This document shows, piece by piece, positions 27,020-37,255 of a stretch of DNA of 64,000 nt. Location: IMG/VR virus record IMGVR_UViG_3300009008_000003; one strand, given 5' to 3'. The stretch comes from a virus. Numbering within the stretch: the stretch's first letter is position 1; each line of letters begins with the position of its first letter. The notes under the pieces were generated by a model. That model was not told the DNA's origin and searched no databases. It saw nothing but the letters and a program-made list of their open reading frames with translations. Both the position numbers and the translations under genes were made by a program.

Positions 27020-29332
27020 ATGAAAAAAAGAATAGTTACACAGGGTACATTAGATAGTTTACCTTCAATTATAAGCGGTGTGCAGCAGTATACTGAGACT
27101 AATTTAGAGAATCTCCTAAAAGTATTTGTGGAGACACCTGGCATTGTATGCCGTTTAAAGGATGGGGGTATAGATGCTAGTGATCATGGTCTAGAACTTT
27201 ATTGCTTAACTACAACTATCGGTCAAGTGCAGCCCGGTTATGTATTAACTCCTGATTATCAATGGTTACAAACTTCTACTGCTACGATACCTGGTTTGGT
27301 AGATGGTGAATATGTAGTATTGAAATATAAAGATGAAAACGTAGCAGGTAGTGTTACTAACGGGTTAGATGGTTTTGTATACCCAAGCGGTGTAGATGCA
27401 TTCTATAAAACAATAGATGCTTCTTACACGGTCACCGGAATCACACCTGCAGATTGGGATAGTAGTACAGAGCTGTTAATAGGAGTTTTTAATTGGGAAG
27501 GATCACCTGGTTATGCAACAGAGGATTTGAGAATAAGCGGTGTTTTACAGTTACGTGATAAAGTAATATCTGAATTATATGCAGCCGCGGATCGTAATGA
27601 CATTAAATTTAGTGGTCTTGTCGGTGCTTCCGGGATTTATATTGGTAATAATGTAAAAATAGTATCCGATGGTACTGAACCAGCGTATACTATAACTGCC
27701 AGTGGTTTTAAAGAAGCTTTAGTTGTCAGTTCGGGGATAGCTTACAACGGAACTTATAACCGTGATGACGGAGAAGGTACTAGAACAGTTGTTGATGAAC
27801 AGCATATTTTACCTGCTCATTCTGCTGGAACTAGTGGTTTAGCTGAATTAGAAGCTTTATTTAGAGATGGTGTTATAGACTATGACGATGGTTGGGGGGT
27901 AAGGGAAGTCCAAGCCTACGCTATCCCTGTACAACCTAATCCTCCTACTGATCTTTCTAAAACTATTTATAGTCATATACCTGATTCTGAGTTTAGGTCT
28001 GACATCGAAGCTGCTGGACTTACTTTTAATGTAGCACAGGCCGAAAGATCAAAAATATTATTAGGTAGAGGCTATGTAACTGATTTACAGAATAAAATTG
28101 TAGATTATATGATTTCAAGTCCAGCCGCCACTGTCAGTGGGTGTTATGTTGACTATAGAGATGGCGGTACTTATTCTGTGGCAGCTTCTGGAATATGGAC
28201 CTCTGTAACAGGAATCGTTACTGGAGGTTATTCTTTTGGTTCTACGTATGATACCATAACTGCCACACAACTAGGGTGGGATGATGCCGGTAATCAAGAC
28301 ACTCGTACATTATCAGACGTAGTTAGTGTTAATAGCCAGTATATAGGACTACTTTTATCAAATGATACCGACGGAAGTATTCAATCGTCTGTTGATCAGA
28401 AGGACGACGAAGTAGAAACAGCGGCCGCTTCTCTCATAAATCAAAATAATAAAACACGTATATTCCCGGATAAAGCACAAAAATCTTTTACCTGCAGACT
28501 AGAATGGGTAGCTCCCACCTTAGTGAATAATCAAAAGATTAAAAACTACGAAGTAAAAGTAATGCAAGTTAAGGGTTCTGGTGCGGAAGATAAGCTTATA
28601 AAAGAGTTATTAGAAACCTACCCAGAACAAGTCAAAGGGGAATATAGACACCACACTACTCCAGATTTTAAGACTAAAGACAAAAATAGCAGATATTTGG
28701 ATGATGAAAGAAATCCTGTTGTGGTCGAAGAAGCAAGTGATTTTCCAAACAAGTTGGTTTTTGTATCTGGTGTTAATACAGCATTTGTAACTGCACAGGA
28801 TAAAATAAAAATAGGCAGTTCCTATAGCCGTGTTAAATCTTTTGACTTTGAAGGTCCTGCAACAGCCTCCTCTGGGTTAGTTACTGTTTATCTTACTATC
28901 TCCGGTGGAACGGACGATGCGGCTGAGTTTATAACAGAGACAACGGATGATGATAGTATCTATGGTGTATATGGTACAACCTATTCATTTGATGTTGTGC
29001 CTGACCATTACTATATGGCTTATGCAAGATCTGTTAATATTTACGACTATGCATCCGCGTGGACGAGTGGGCTTTATATAGACGTTCGTGCGGCTACCCC
29101 AGATAATGAAACTTTAACAATTCAAAACATCGTAGATGCAGAATCTCAAAGATTAGCTAAGGCTCGGGTAATAGAATTAAAAGCTTTAAGCTTAGAAACT
29201 GAAAAGCAATTAACATCTTTAGAACAAGCTATAGCTGCATTGCCTAAGACAGGAGAATACGTTAACCTTGTAACCGCTATTAACCAAATAGCTAATTCTG
29301 GTATAACGGGATTCGTACCATATGGCTCTTAA
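27020..29332 (+). CDS. Tail fibre / baseplate structural protein with FN3-like segments
   Basis: Thr/Ser/Gly-rich and beta-rich; LEWVAP and YYMAYARSVN..SAW FN3-like motifs. Confidence 0.6.
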   Translation: MKKRIVTQGTLDSLPSIISGVQQYTETNLENLLKVFVETPGIVCRLKDGGIDASDHGLELYCLTTTIGQVQPGYVLTPDYQWLQTSTATIPGLVDGEYVVLKYKDENVAGSVTNGLDGFVYPSGVDAFYKTIDASYTVTGITPADWDSSTELLIGVFNWEGSPGYATEDLRISGVLQLRDKVISELYAAADRNDIKFSGLVGASGIYIGNNVKIVSDGTEPAYTITASGFKEALVVSSGIAYNGTYNRDDGEGTRTVVDEQHILPAHSAGTSGLAELEALFRDGVIDYDDGWGVREVQAYAIPVQPNPPTDLSKTIYSHIPDSEFRSDIEAAGLTFNVAQAERSKILLGRGYVTDLQNKIVDYMISSPAATVSGCYVDYRDGGTYSVAASGIWTSVTGIVTGGYSFGSTYDTITATQLGWDDAGNQDTRTLSDVVSVNSQYIGLLLSNDTDGSIQSSVDQKDDEVETAAASLINQNNKTRIFPDKAQKSFTCRLEWVAPTLVNNQKIKNYEVKVMQVKGSGAEDKLIKELLETYPEQVKGEYRHHTTPDFKTKDKNSRYLDDERNPVVVEEASDFPNKLVFVSGVNTAFVTAQDKIKIGSSYSRVKSFDFEGPATASSGLVTVYLTISGGTDDAAEFITETTDDDSIYGVYGTTYSFDVVPDHYYMAYARSVNIYDYASAWTSGLYIDVRAATPDNETLTIQNIVDAESQRLAKARVIELKALSLETEKQLTSLEQAIAALPKTGEYVNLVTAINQIANSGITGFVPYGS

Positions 29333-30884
29333 TCCTCTTTTTTCCTCTGGCATTATTACGGTTAGTGACCCCGCCGCTGAGTTTATGGGCGGGGCTAGCC
29401 AAATTGGGCAAGGAGTAAATACTGATTTTTACTTCCCGTCAAAAGGAACTAATACTCTTGTATTAGAAAACTTGCCAGAAGGTGGAGCTGGATTTTTACT
29501 AGACAACTTGATGCAGCGGAGCGATACAATGGGCTCCTGGAAAGCACAAATTGCTAGTAGTTTCAAAGTAAATGAGACAGGTAACATACAGTTTGAAGAT
29601 TTAAGAGATTCTGTTTACTCTTTAGTTTTTAACAGTTTAGAATATGTAAGATATAACAGATACAACATAAAAGTAGGCGAAGAAAGAAATATTGTTCGTC
29701 TAATGCCAGCGGTTTCTCCTGCTTATGCTGTCATTACCAGCGTTAGTATAGGTTTAGAATCATATAATTATTTAGATGATAGCATACCTAGATTACTTAC
29801 TTACTCTGGAAACTCTACTAACATTTACATTAGTGGGTGCGATAGCGCAGATACATTACTAGCATTGGGTTCCGCAGGGGATGTTTGTAGATATTTGGAC
29901 GATGCTAAAGTAGTCTTCAATGATATATCTAGTATAGATGCTGGCAATTACATAGTAACGCTAGCTACTGAAACTACAGATTTCCCCGTAAATACATACG
30001 TTGATTTTCTAAATGGCAGCGGAATCGGTGGAAGTCCTTATGTAACTTTAAACTGGAGACGAGATTTTACAAACCAGGTTCCACAACATTGGACTATTTT
30101 TTACAAATGGAGCGGAGTAGAGTGGCAATACATAAACCATGTTGAGGGCAGTAGACTTACCGCAACTGTGAATGAGTTGTCCTTTGAAACGGAATATGAA
30201 TTTAGAATAAGAGGTGTTGGGGTTAACTACCAAGGGGGTAGATGGAGCAATGTTGTAACTGTAACAACGCCAGCACAAGAGGGGGTTGCAGCTGAAGTGG
30301 ATACTTCTAGTATAGAGGCAGATGTAGTATGCTTGAAGAAAATGGAAGATCTTAAACGTCAATTTGATCTTGCAGACTGGGCTTCTTATGCTCTTCTTGA
30401 AAACTTCTGTAATAGTGGTTTAAGAAACTACGAGGTAGATGTAGCTAGTCCTCTCGCAATCGTAGACAACGCAGTTACGTTCACGGGGGTATCTAGTAGT
30501 GGTATAGAATATACCTATACTTCAACATTGACGGCTGTAGATGCTGGTGAAGAGATTGATCAATTCATGATACACTTAGAACCAGACGGCATGGATTTAC
30601 TGGATACTAGTCCATATGTTAATACTTCTGTTATTGCTACATTCTCTGGAGAATCCCCAGGTTACCACGAATGCTTAATGTTCTGGTCAAGTGGACTAGT
30701 AGCAGATATATACGAAGTGGGGGAAATATCCGGACTTAGTAATAACTATACTCATTTTGGTTATAAAGTAATAATGGAAGCTCACGTAGATGGTAAAACG
30801 GCATTAGGTTCCATAGATCGTGTCGGTGTATATGTTAATCCCGCACCGACTGAGGGTGATGTGGAAACTCCAGTATTTGATTAA
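29322..30884 (+). CDS. Tail protein with fibronectin type III domain
   Basis: VTLNW...LSFETEYEFRIRGVG..GRWSNVVTVTT. Confidence 0.7.
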   Translation: MALNPLFSSGIITVSDPAAEFMGGASQIGQGVNTDFYFPSKGTNTLVLENLPEGGAGFLLDNLMQRSDTMGSWKAQIASSFKVNETGNIQFEDLRDSVYSLVFNSLEYVRYNRYNIKVGEERNIVRLMPAVSPAYAVITSVSIGLESYNYLDDSIPRLLTYSGNSTNIYISGCDSADTLLALGSAGDVCRYLDDAKVVFNDISSIDAGNYIVTLATETTDFPVNTYVDFLNGSGIGGSPYVTLNWRRDFTNQVPQHWTIFYKWSGVEWQYINHVEGSRLTATVNELSFETEYEFRIRGVGVNYQGGRWSNVVTVTTPAQEGVAAEVDTSSIEADVVCLKKMEDLKRQFDLADWASYALLENFCNSGLRNYEVDVASPLAIVDNAVTFTGVSSSGIEYTYTSTLTAVDAGEEIDQFMIHLEPDGMDLLDTSPYVNTSVIATFSGESPGYHECLMFWSSGLVADIYEVGEISGLSNNYTHFGYKVIMEAHVDGKTALGSIDRVGVYVNPAPTEGDVETPVFD

Positions 30885-30895
30885 AGGTGTAAATT

Positions 30896-31249
30896 ATGGG
30901 TTATTATACTAAAGGTTATTTAAGTGAAAGTACGCTTGGGCAACCTATATTTCCAAGTGATGCAACAGAGACAGATGTGCACATACCTTCTATGGATGGC
31001 GATAGTGATATATTAGATGAGTTATGGCTTTATGCTGGTAATAGCGGAACAATAGATTCTACAGTTACTGTATTCTTTAGTGGCCAGTCCTCGTTCAATG
31101 TAGGTATACCTGCTAGCAATGGACTTGTGTTAGTACTACCAGGCTTACCAGTTGGTCTAGGAACCGACGTTAGTGTTATAGCCTCTGGCACAGAATTGGG
31201 AACTACTTTTTTTACAGGATATGTTAATAACATAGATCAAACACTATGA
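30896..31249 (+). CDS. Small beta-rich tail-associated protein
   Basis: LDELWLYAGN...FFTGYVN; within the fibre cluster. Confidence 0.6.
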   Translation: MGYYTKGYLSESTLGQPIFPSDATETDVHIPSMDGDSDILDELWLYAGNSGTIDSTVTVFFSGQSSFNVGIPASNGLVLVLPGLPVGLGTDVSVIASGTELGTTFFTGYVNNIDQTL

Positions 31250-31860
31250 GCGACCTGCAAATAGAAATAGCGGCTGAGATTCCGCAACACGTGGTACATA
31301 TGTTTCAGGAAAAGTTTGATCCTGGAACAGCGGCTGTTGCTGCATCCGGTATTGGCCCCATGCATATAGGTACTTTTTTTAAACTAGACTATGTCGAGGG
31401 CAGCGAGGAATTAGAATGGAGTACTTCCGATTATTTTGACGATAAAATATCTATAAATAGAGTTGTGATATCAGGGGGGCAAGAAGGAGAAACTACAAAT
31501 ATAGCAAAGCCTATTAGTGATACCGATCAATGTCTTATATACTATTCTCCGCAGGTATATACTGGTGGAAATTATAGGGACTTTAATTTTGCCTTTTGGG
31601 TTACATGTAGTGGAACCGGTGGCGATAAACAGTTGTCTTCTGCTGATAGAGGCACTGCACAGCAAATGGATTATATAATCTTCAGTGTACATTTTAGCGG
31701 TGTTGATTTCGCATGGAATGGGGTAGCAGATGAAACACCGGGTAGTCTTATAGAGGTAAATTCATATACTAGTATTGAAGATAGTAATAGAAATGAAGTA
31801 GAAGGAGACCCAATATATGCTATTACTTTTCCAGGCACCGCAACAGGAACTGTGTTATAA
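31246..31860 (+). CDS. Hypothetical tail-associated protein
   Basis: Overlap-coupled in the fibre cluster. Confidence 0.55.
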   Translation: MSDLQIEIAAEIPQHVVHMFQEKFDPGTAAVAASGIGPMHIGTFFKLDYVEGSEELEWSTSDYFDDKISINRVVISGGQEGETTNIAKPISDTDQCLIYYSPQVYTGGNYRDFNFAFWVTCSGTGGDKQLSSADRGTAQQMDYIIFSVHFSGVDFAWNGVADETPGSLIEVNSYTSIEDSNRNEVEGDPIYAITFPGTATGTVL

Positions 31861-32402
31861 TGGCTGATTTTGTGTACATATATAAATTTCAAGTAGTTCA
31901 AGACCAGTTAAATCTTATAACTAGTTACAATGCCTCTGGAGCCTTTACTTTTTATGCAAGATTGGATCATACTAGCACTATTCGTCCTACGGTTACACAC
32001 CTAGCGGACGGTATAGATGTTTATTTTAGATTTTATGACGAAAGCCTTGCAAACGAGCTTGAGATAAACGCAGGCGGAGTAACCTCCAGTCTATTTAACT
32101 TTGATAACCCTTATGCTAAAGCATGTTCGTATATGGAAGTTTCGCAAGATTTTGATTTCCAAGAACATATAGCCAAAGAAGCGTATGGAGAAGATATACA
32201 AAATTGGATAAGTGGTTTATCCCCCTATGATAAATCTGGAACTAAATTTGTAAATATTGTGCTTAGTGGAACACTGTTCGATGATGAGTCAGAAATGTGG
32301 GAAACCGATGATTCTTATGCATCGTTTAGTGTATATGAAGATATAGATGCAAAAGAAACTGGTGGGTTTTTAGTGGTATATTCAGGAGTAGTACAAGAAT
32401 GA
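31860..32402 (+). CDS. Hypothetical tail-associated protein
   Basis: Overlap-coupled; acidic and aromatic-rich. Confidence 0.55.
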   Translation: MADFVYIYKFQVVQDQLNLITSYNASGAFTFYARLDHTSTIRPTVTHLADGIDVYFRFYDESLANELEINAGGVTSSLFNFDNPYAKACSYMEVSQDFDFQEHIAKEAYGEDIQNWISGLSPYDKSGTKFVNIVLSGTLFDDESEMWETDDSYASFSVYEDIDAKETGGFLVVYSGVVQE

Positions 32403-33232
32403 GACGAACAAGAACCCCGGGGTTAATAGATTCTAACGCACAAGATTACCAAAATAAATATTCATTGTATTTTGATGGTTCTGGCGATAGGGTGTCTACA
32501 GGAGACTGGCATTTAGATCAACCTTTTTCTTTTGCAGTGTGGGCAAAAGCTGACGTTGAACCTCTAAGTACTAGCAGATCCCCAATATCAAAATATAGTA
32601 CAACCGACAACCAACGATGCTGGATGTTATATGCAAGCACTCACGACCCGTCTTTATTTTATTTTTATACCAGCAGTGACGGTGTTTGGAACAGTGAGTA
32701 TGGTTATTCATATTACGCAGACACAGTACACTATTCTAAATATTCATGGGATGTTCCAGGAGATGAGTGGTCACTTTGGAGTATGTCTTTTCATGCAAGT
32801 GGTATAACTATAGGTAGTACACACCATGCAATAGATCTATTTAGAAACGGAAGACTAGAAATGCGGCAAAGTTGGAATGCTGCTTGGGGAGCACACGTGG
32901 TGCTTAATCCTAACAGTGCAGCTGAGGTGTGCATAGGAGGCTCCTCTAATGGAAATTATGCATGGTTGGGTCATATAGCCGAGGCCGCTATATGGAGTGG
33001 TATAGCACTTGAGCCCGAAGACCACTCTAGTATATGGGCAGCAAGGGGACAGGCAAACCTTTTACAATCTTTTGGGGACTATGATAAACAAGACTATTTG
33101 GAAGCCTGGTGGAAGATGGGTGACGGGCCAGAAGCTGCTACCGGAACTACTATCTACGACTGTTCTGGAAAGAATCACCACGGCACAATGGTGGGACCAG
33201 ACGCAACAGATTATACACTGGATCATCCATAA
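32399..33232 (+). CDS. LamG / concanavalin-A-like lectin domain protein (candidate receptor binding)
   Basis: SLYFDGSGD, FSFAVWAK, WLGHIAEAAIW, LEAWWKMGDG..IYDCSGKNHHGT. Confidence 0.85.
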   Translation: MRRTRTPGLIDSNAQDYQNKYSLYFDGSGDRVSTGDWHLDQPFSFAVWAKADVEPLSTSRSPISKYSTTDNQRCWMLYASTHDPSLFYFYTSSDGVWNSEYGYSYYADTVHYSKYSWDVPGDEWSLWSMSFHASGITIGSTHHAIDLFRNGRLEMRQSWNAAWGAHVVLNPNSAAEVCIGGSSNGNYAWLGHIAEAAIWSGIALEPEDHSSIWAARGQANLLQSFGDYDKQDYLEAWWKMGDGPEAATGTTIYDCSGKNHHGTMVGPDATDYTLDHP

Positions 33233-33615
33233 TGCCTATTGCCGCAGCTGATAGACAGCGACCTGTTTATATTTATGTTATAATACCATTTGCGGAACTA
33301 ACACGCGAAATGGTAACTTATTGTAGAATGGATATGGGTAACGTACGACGTACAGTATCTGGTCCTGATCTGGTTCTATTAAAATATGTTATACCACATA
33401 ATATGTTTAGGCCTTATACTAAGTATACACATAGAGAAATATTAGAAATTTTAGATGCCCCAGAATGGGCCGGTACCGATACGCCGGAAGATATTATGGA
33501 CCCAGAAACCGTTTGGGAATTACTGCAACGTTATAATATTACAGATTATAACACATTATCTGGGGTCATAGACCAAAACTTTGATTTGCCCATTGCCACG
33601 TTGGGGAGACCCTAA
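33232..33615 (+). CDS. Small phage protein
   Basis: YVII...VRRTVSG..VLLKY...[15 protein letters not shown], a pattern I associate with small proteins near fibre genes. Confidence 0.55.
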   Translation: MPIAAADRQRPVYIYVIIPFAELTREMVTYCRMDMGNVRRTVSGPDLVLLKYVIPHNMFRPYTKYTHREILEILDAPEWAGTDTPEDIMDPETVWELLQRYNITDYNTLSGVIDQNFDLPIATLGRP

Positions 33616-35261
33616 TGGCTTACATAGAAAAGAAAAGTACAGGCTATTACAAAAAGATTCTTGGAACAGGGGAAAGCGGTCCTGCGGGGGAACAAGGTCC
33701 AACTGGGCCAGAAGGAAGTACTGGTATTACAGGTCCTACAGGATCGTCCGGGGCAACTGGATCTGCCGGGAATACTGGAATAACTGGACCTACTGGAAAT
33801 ACAGGTGAATCTGGATATACAGGACCACAAGGACAGATAGGACAAACAGGACCTACTGGATCAACAGGACCTTTCGGGCAAATAGGTAAAACTGGACCTA
33901 CTGGTATAACAGGAACAGTTGGACCTACTGGAGATGCCGGTACATCTGGATATACTGGACCACAAGGACAAATAGGGGAAACAGGACCTACGGGAATAAC
34001 TGGAGCTGCAGGTATAACGGGACCTACCGGAGATGCCGGAAATACCGGAGATGCCGGAAATACCGGAGCAACAGGCGCAACCGGAAATACAGGCGCTAAT
34101 GGTGCTACTGGTATAACGGGACCTACTGGAGATGCCGGTACATCTGGATATACTGGACCACAAGGACAAATAGGGGAAACAGGACCTACTGGATCAACGG
34201 GTCCATTCGGGCAAATAGGTGAAACAGGACCTACTGGTATAACAGGATCAGAAGGTACCGCCGGAATAACTGGTTCTGACGGTGTCGATGCTGCGTTGAG
34301 TTCCTGTGTTCTAGATTTAACTTTTGAGAATTTAAGTAATTATGGCGAAGACTCGTCTTTAATGGCAAACGACCTCACGTTAAGCGGAATAGACCCAGAA
34401 AGTGTATATACTATATACGGATCTGGCAGTGCCTTGTTTGACGACACTGACGATAATTGGCTATATGGAACCTTTGCCACCATGAAAAATGCTACTAGGG
34501 ATTCATTGTTAGACCCAATAACTTTAGAAGCCACGATATATAACCCGAACGTAGTAAAAATAACTTCACCTATTATATCATGCAGTCAGTACGAACTTCT
34601 TTATTCTGGGGCAGCTTCTGGAGAATGTATAATTATTTTTAACCTGATAAAAGAAGGCGGAACAGATAACTTCGTAGAAGCTGAAGTTCCCTCTGGCCTT
34701 ATCATGACAGGGGCAAGCGGCATACAGATGCATATTGTTGCATCTCATAGTATTTATAACAGCGATGGGGGTTATAAATCAGGGGTATGGATCAACGGAG
34801 AGCTCATAACAAGTGAAACTAATACCATTGGAATAGCACCCGCTACTGCTGGAGGCGGTCTTTACGTAGCTTGCGATATAAACGATAGGCGCAATGATAA
34901 CTTAGTTTTAGACAATGTAAGAATATATAAATCCAACTGTAGTGATTTACAAGCATTTAATTTATATCAAAATAGTTCGCATTATTTACCTACAAAATTA
35001 CCTATTCTTGCATCTGGTGTGGATATAACTACCACTTTAGCGCAGGATGGGCAGGCATTGTTTTGTACGGAGACTGTATTCAATAATTTATATTTGTACA
35101 TATACGATGGTAATCGAAATAAGTGGTATAGACACGGAACAGGACTTAAACCTGGTAATCCGCCGGGGTGGACAGGAAGTCATGTGGAAGGAAAGGGAGC
35201 AGACCCACCAAGTTATTATGAACAGGTAACTGACGTGCTAATGACACAGATATTTAGCTAA
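33615..35261 (+). CDS. Collagen-like fibre with C-terminal LamG-type head
   Basis: About 69 uninterrupted Gly-X-Y triplets (mostly G-X-T), then [28 protein letters not shown]. Confidence 0.88.
   Translation: MAYIEKKSTGYYKKILGTGESGPAGEQGPTGPEGSTGITGPTGSSGATGSAGNTGITGPTGNTGESGYTGPQGQIGQTGPTGSTGPFGQIGKTGPTGITGTVGPTGDAGTSGYTGPQGQIGETGPTGITGAAGITGPTGDAGNTGDAGNTGATGATGNTGANGATGITGPTGDAGTSGYTGPQGQIGETGPTGSTGPFGQIGETGPTGITGSEGTAGITGSDGVDAALSSCVLDLTFENLSNYGEDSSLMANDLTLSGIDPESVYTIYGSGSALFDDTDDNWLYGTFATMKNATRDSLLDPITLEATIYNPNVVKITSPIISCSQYELLYSGAASGECIIIFNLIKEGGTDNFVEAEVPSGLIMTGASGIQMHIVASHSIYNSDGGYKSGVWINGELITSETNTIGIAPATAGGGLYVACDINDRRNDNLVLDNVRIYKSNCSDLQAFNLYQNSSHYLPTKLPILASGVDITTTLAQDGQALFCTETVFNNLYLYIYDGNRNKWYRHGTGLKPGNPPGWTGSHVEGKGADPPSYYEQVTDVLMTQIFS
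33669..34289 (+). repeat. Collagen G-X-Y coding repeat, including a perfect 71-bp duplication (33921-33991 = 34119-34189)
   Basis: Direct sequence comparison by eye. Confidence 0.9.
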
Positions 35262-35284
35262 TTTTACGCCATAGTCGTAAAAAT

Positions 35285-35313
35285 TTGACAGATTTTAATA
35301 GTAGGTTTATATT
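35285..35313 (+). promoter_or_regulatory. Consensus sigma70-type promoter for the amidase/head operon
   Basis: TTGACA, N17, TATATT; ATG only 8 nt downstream. Confidence 0.75.
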
Positions 35314-35321
35314 TAATTAGA

Positions 35322-35834
35322 ATGAAAAATTTAATAAAAACACTAGCTTGGCATGAAACTAAAAAATGGGCAAAACGTCCTGTTTCTGCTATTGATAAAA
35401 TAGTAGTTCACCAGACTGCCGGAGCTGGAACAATAGAACAGATAAATGATTACCACGTAGGAACTACGAATAATCATATATCGCCAACTGGGTGCCCGCA
35501 TATATGTTATCACTTTGTATTGGATAAGGATGGCAAAATTTGCCAAACAAATAGAATATCTGATTTAGTATGGCATGCTAAGGGCAGCAATTATCATAGT
35601 ATAGGTATCATGGTGTTGGGCGATTTTAAAGGTCCAGACACGCATCTTGGCAATGATTATGTTACTGAAGAACAGTTAAAGGGCTTAGGTGTTTTACTGA
35701 CTATACTTTGTGAAAAGTATGATATAGATAAAAATAATATAAAAGGGCATAACGAGGTTTCTGAAAATAAGCCTGACTGTCCTGGAATTGACATACAAGA
35801 ATACATAAATACTCATTGGAGAAATGATGAATAA
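35322..35834 (+). CDS. N-acetylmuramoyl-L-alanine amidase (Amidase_2, endolysin)
   Basis: IVVHQTA, YHFVLDKDG, WHAKGSNYHSIGI, IKGHNEV..CPG. Confidence 0.92.
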   Translation: MKNLIKTLAWHETKKWAKRPVSAIDKIVVHQTAGAGTIEQINDYHVGTTNNHISPTGCPHICYHFVLDKDGKICQTNRISDLVWHAKGSNYHSIGIMVLGDFKGPDTHLGNDYVTEEQLKGLGVLLTILCEKYDIDKNNIKGHNEVSENKPDCPGIDIQEYINTHWRNDE

Positions 35835-36939
35835 GTTTTTGCATACCCTTTATGATATCACAGATGAAGCAACATCTGGCAATATCCAAAAGTTGGCAGA
35901 ATTTATAGATGGTGTAAGTGTTTCATCGTCAGCGAGGAATGCAAAAATACCATCTATCGAGGAAATGGACGAGTTACCGGCTGATAATTGCGCGCTTACA
36001 CTATTTGTTTCAGGCACGGGTGAAATTAAAAAGTTTGCACATCATAGGCCAGAGCTAGCAGAGTTAAATATAGCCATGCTACTAAAAAATCATGCTCAGC
36101 TTCCTGATGAAATCTGTAAAATAGCTTCGTATAATTTATCTAGAGCTGCCGCAAGGTTTGAATTAGATTTTCCGGAAGAACTAGTTGAAATCACACCGGT
36201 AAACGCTCCTACATCTTTATTGAATGTGGATGATATTAATGAGTTGGATTACATGCGTAAGCTAGCACGATATCGCGATAGTTTAGAATCTAAAAAAGAC
36301 ACTGGATCCTATGCTCTCCCGGGCAAGAAAAAAAGATATCCTCTTCATGACGAAAGTTACATCAAAACAGCCTGTGCTTATTTTGAGAAATATCAACACG
36401 AATTTAAAGCTATAGATAAACTTGCATTCTGTAAAAATACACAAGCGGCCGGCGATAGAGAAGATGTTCAAATAGAAGGCAGCCTGACTAAATTTGCAGA
36501 GCTCGATGAAACCAGGCTCAATCCTAATTTTGTGCTACATATTAAAAATAGGCAAAAATTATTAGCTGGTAACGAAGATGCAGTGCAGGTCTATGACGAA
36601 CTATTAGAAAAATCTGCCGAATTTACTCCAGAAAAAACAGCGGAAGCTTTGGAAGCCGTAGATAAAAAATTCAAAGTACACAAACACTGGGGCGACAGAA
36701 TTGAGGAACCCTTACTATCAACGCTGTCTCCGTTTGTAAAGGAAGCTAGTATATATCACGATGGTGTAAAAATAAGTTCTAGCTCTTTTAGTTCTTTACG
36801 TGGAAGAGATTTGAATGGTATAGTTGATACCTATACTTTAGACGAGTTAACTTCCGGAACACCAGAATCTCTGGATGTTTTTCAATCTCTACCCATGCCA
36901 ATAAAAGACGCTTTGGTGGAGAAACTTTCAGATGAATAA
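35824..36939 (+). CDS. Conserved head-module protein rich in K-x-A motifs
   Basis: YALP..KRYPLHDESYIKTACAYF motif; upstream of the portal. Confidence 0.55.
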   Translation: MMNKFLHTLYDITDEATSGNIQKLAEFIDGVSVSSSARNAKIPSIEEMDELPADNCALTLFVSGTGEIKKFAHHRPELAELNIAMLLKNHAQLPDEICKIASYNLSRAAARFELDFPEELVEITPVNAPTSLLNVDDINELDYMRKLARYRDSLESKKDTGSYALPGKKKRYPLHDESYIKTACAYFEKYQHEFKAIDKLAFCKNTQAAGDREDVQIEGSLTKFAELDETRLNPNFVLHIKNRQKLLAGNEDAVQVYDELLEKSAEFTPEKTAEALEAVDKKFKVHKHWGDRIEEPLLSTLSPFVKEASIYHDGVKISSSSFSSLRGRDLNGIVDTYTLDELTSGTPESLDVFQSLPMPIKDALVEKLSDE

Positions 36940-37255
36940 AAATAAAAAATACGTAGAAAATAGCAGGCCTCTTAGAGATTTAGGTATAGGAGCAACTGCT
37001 GGTGCTATTCAGGCTGGTGTTACCTTACCGTTTGATAAGTACGAGCAGCTTGTTACACGCGAAATTGCAAAAGGTAATAAAGTAAACTCACGAAAACTTC
37101 TAGGAGAAGCCTTCAAAGAAACTTTTGGCAAGCAATTTAAGCAAGAATATCTTAAAAAATATCCAGCACGCGCTGCAAAAAGTGCTTTGGGTATGGGGAC
37201 TGCTTGGATGGTGGCAAGCCAAATAGCGAAAAAATTAGATGCTAAAGACAGATAA
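36932..37255 (+). CDS. Small membrane protein resembling one mitochondrial-carrier (SLC25) repeat; alternatively holin-like
   Basis: GATAGAIQAGVTLPFD helix, amphipathic linker, then YLKKYPARAAKSALGMGTAWMVASQIAKKL. Confidence 0.45.
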   Translation: MNKNKKYVENSRPLRDLGIGATAGAIQAGVTLPFDKYEQLVTREIAKGNKVNSRKLLGEAFKETFGKQFKQEYLKKYPARAAKSALGMGTAWMVASQIAKKLDAKDR

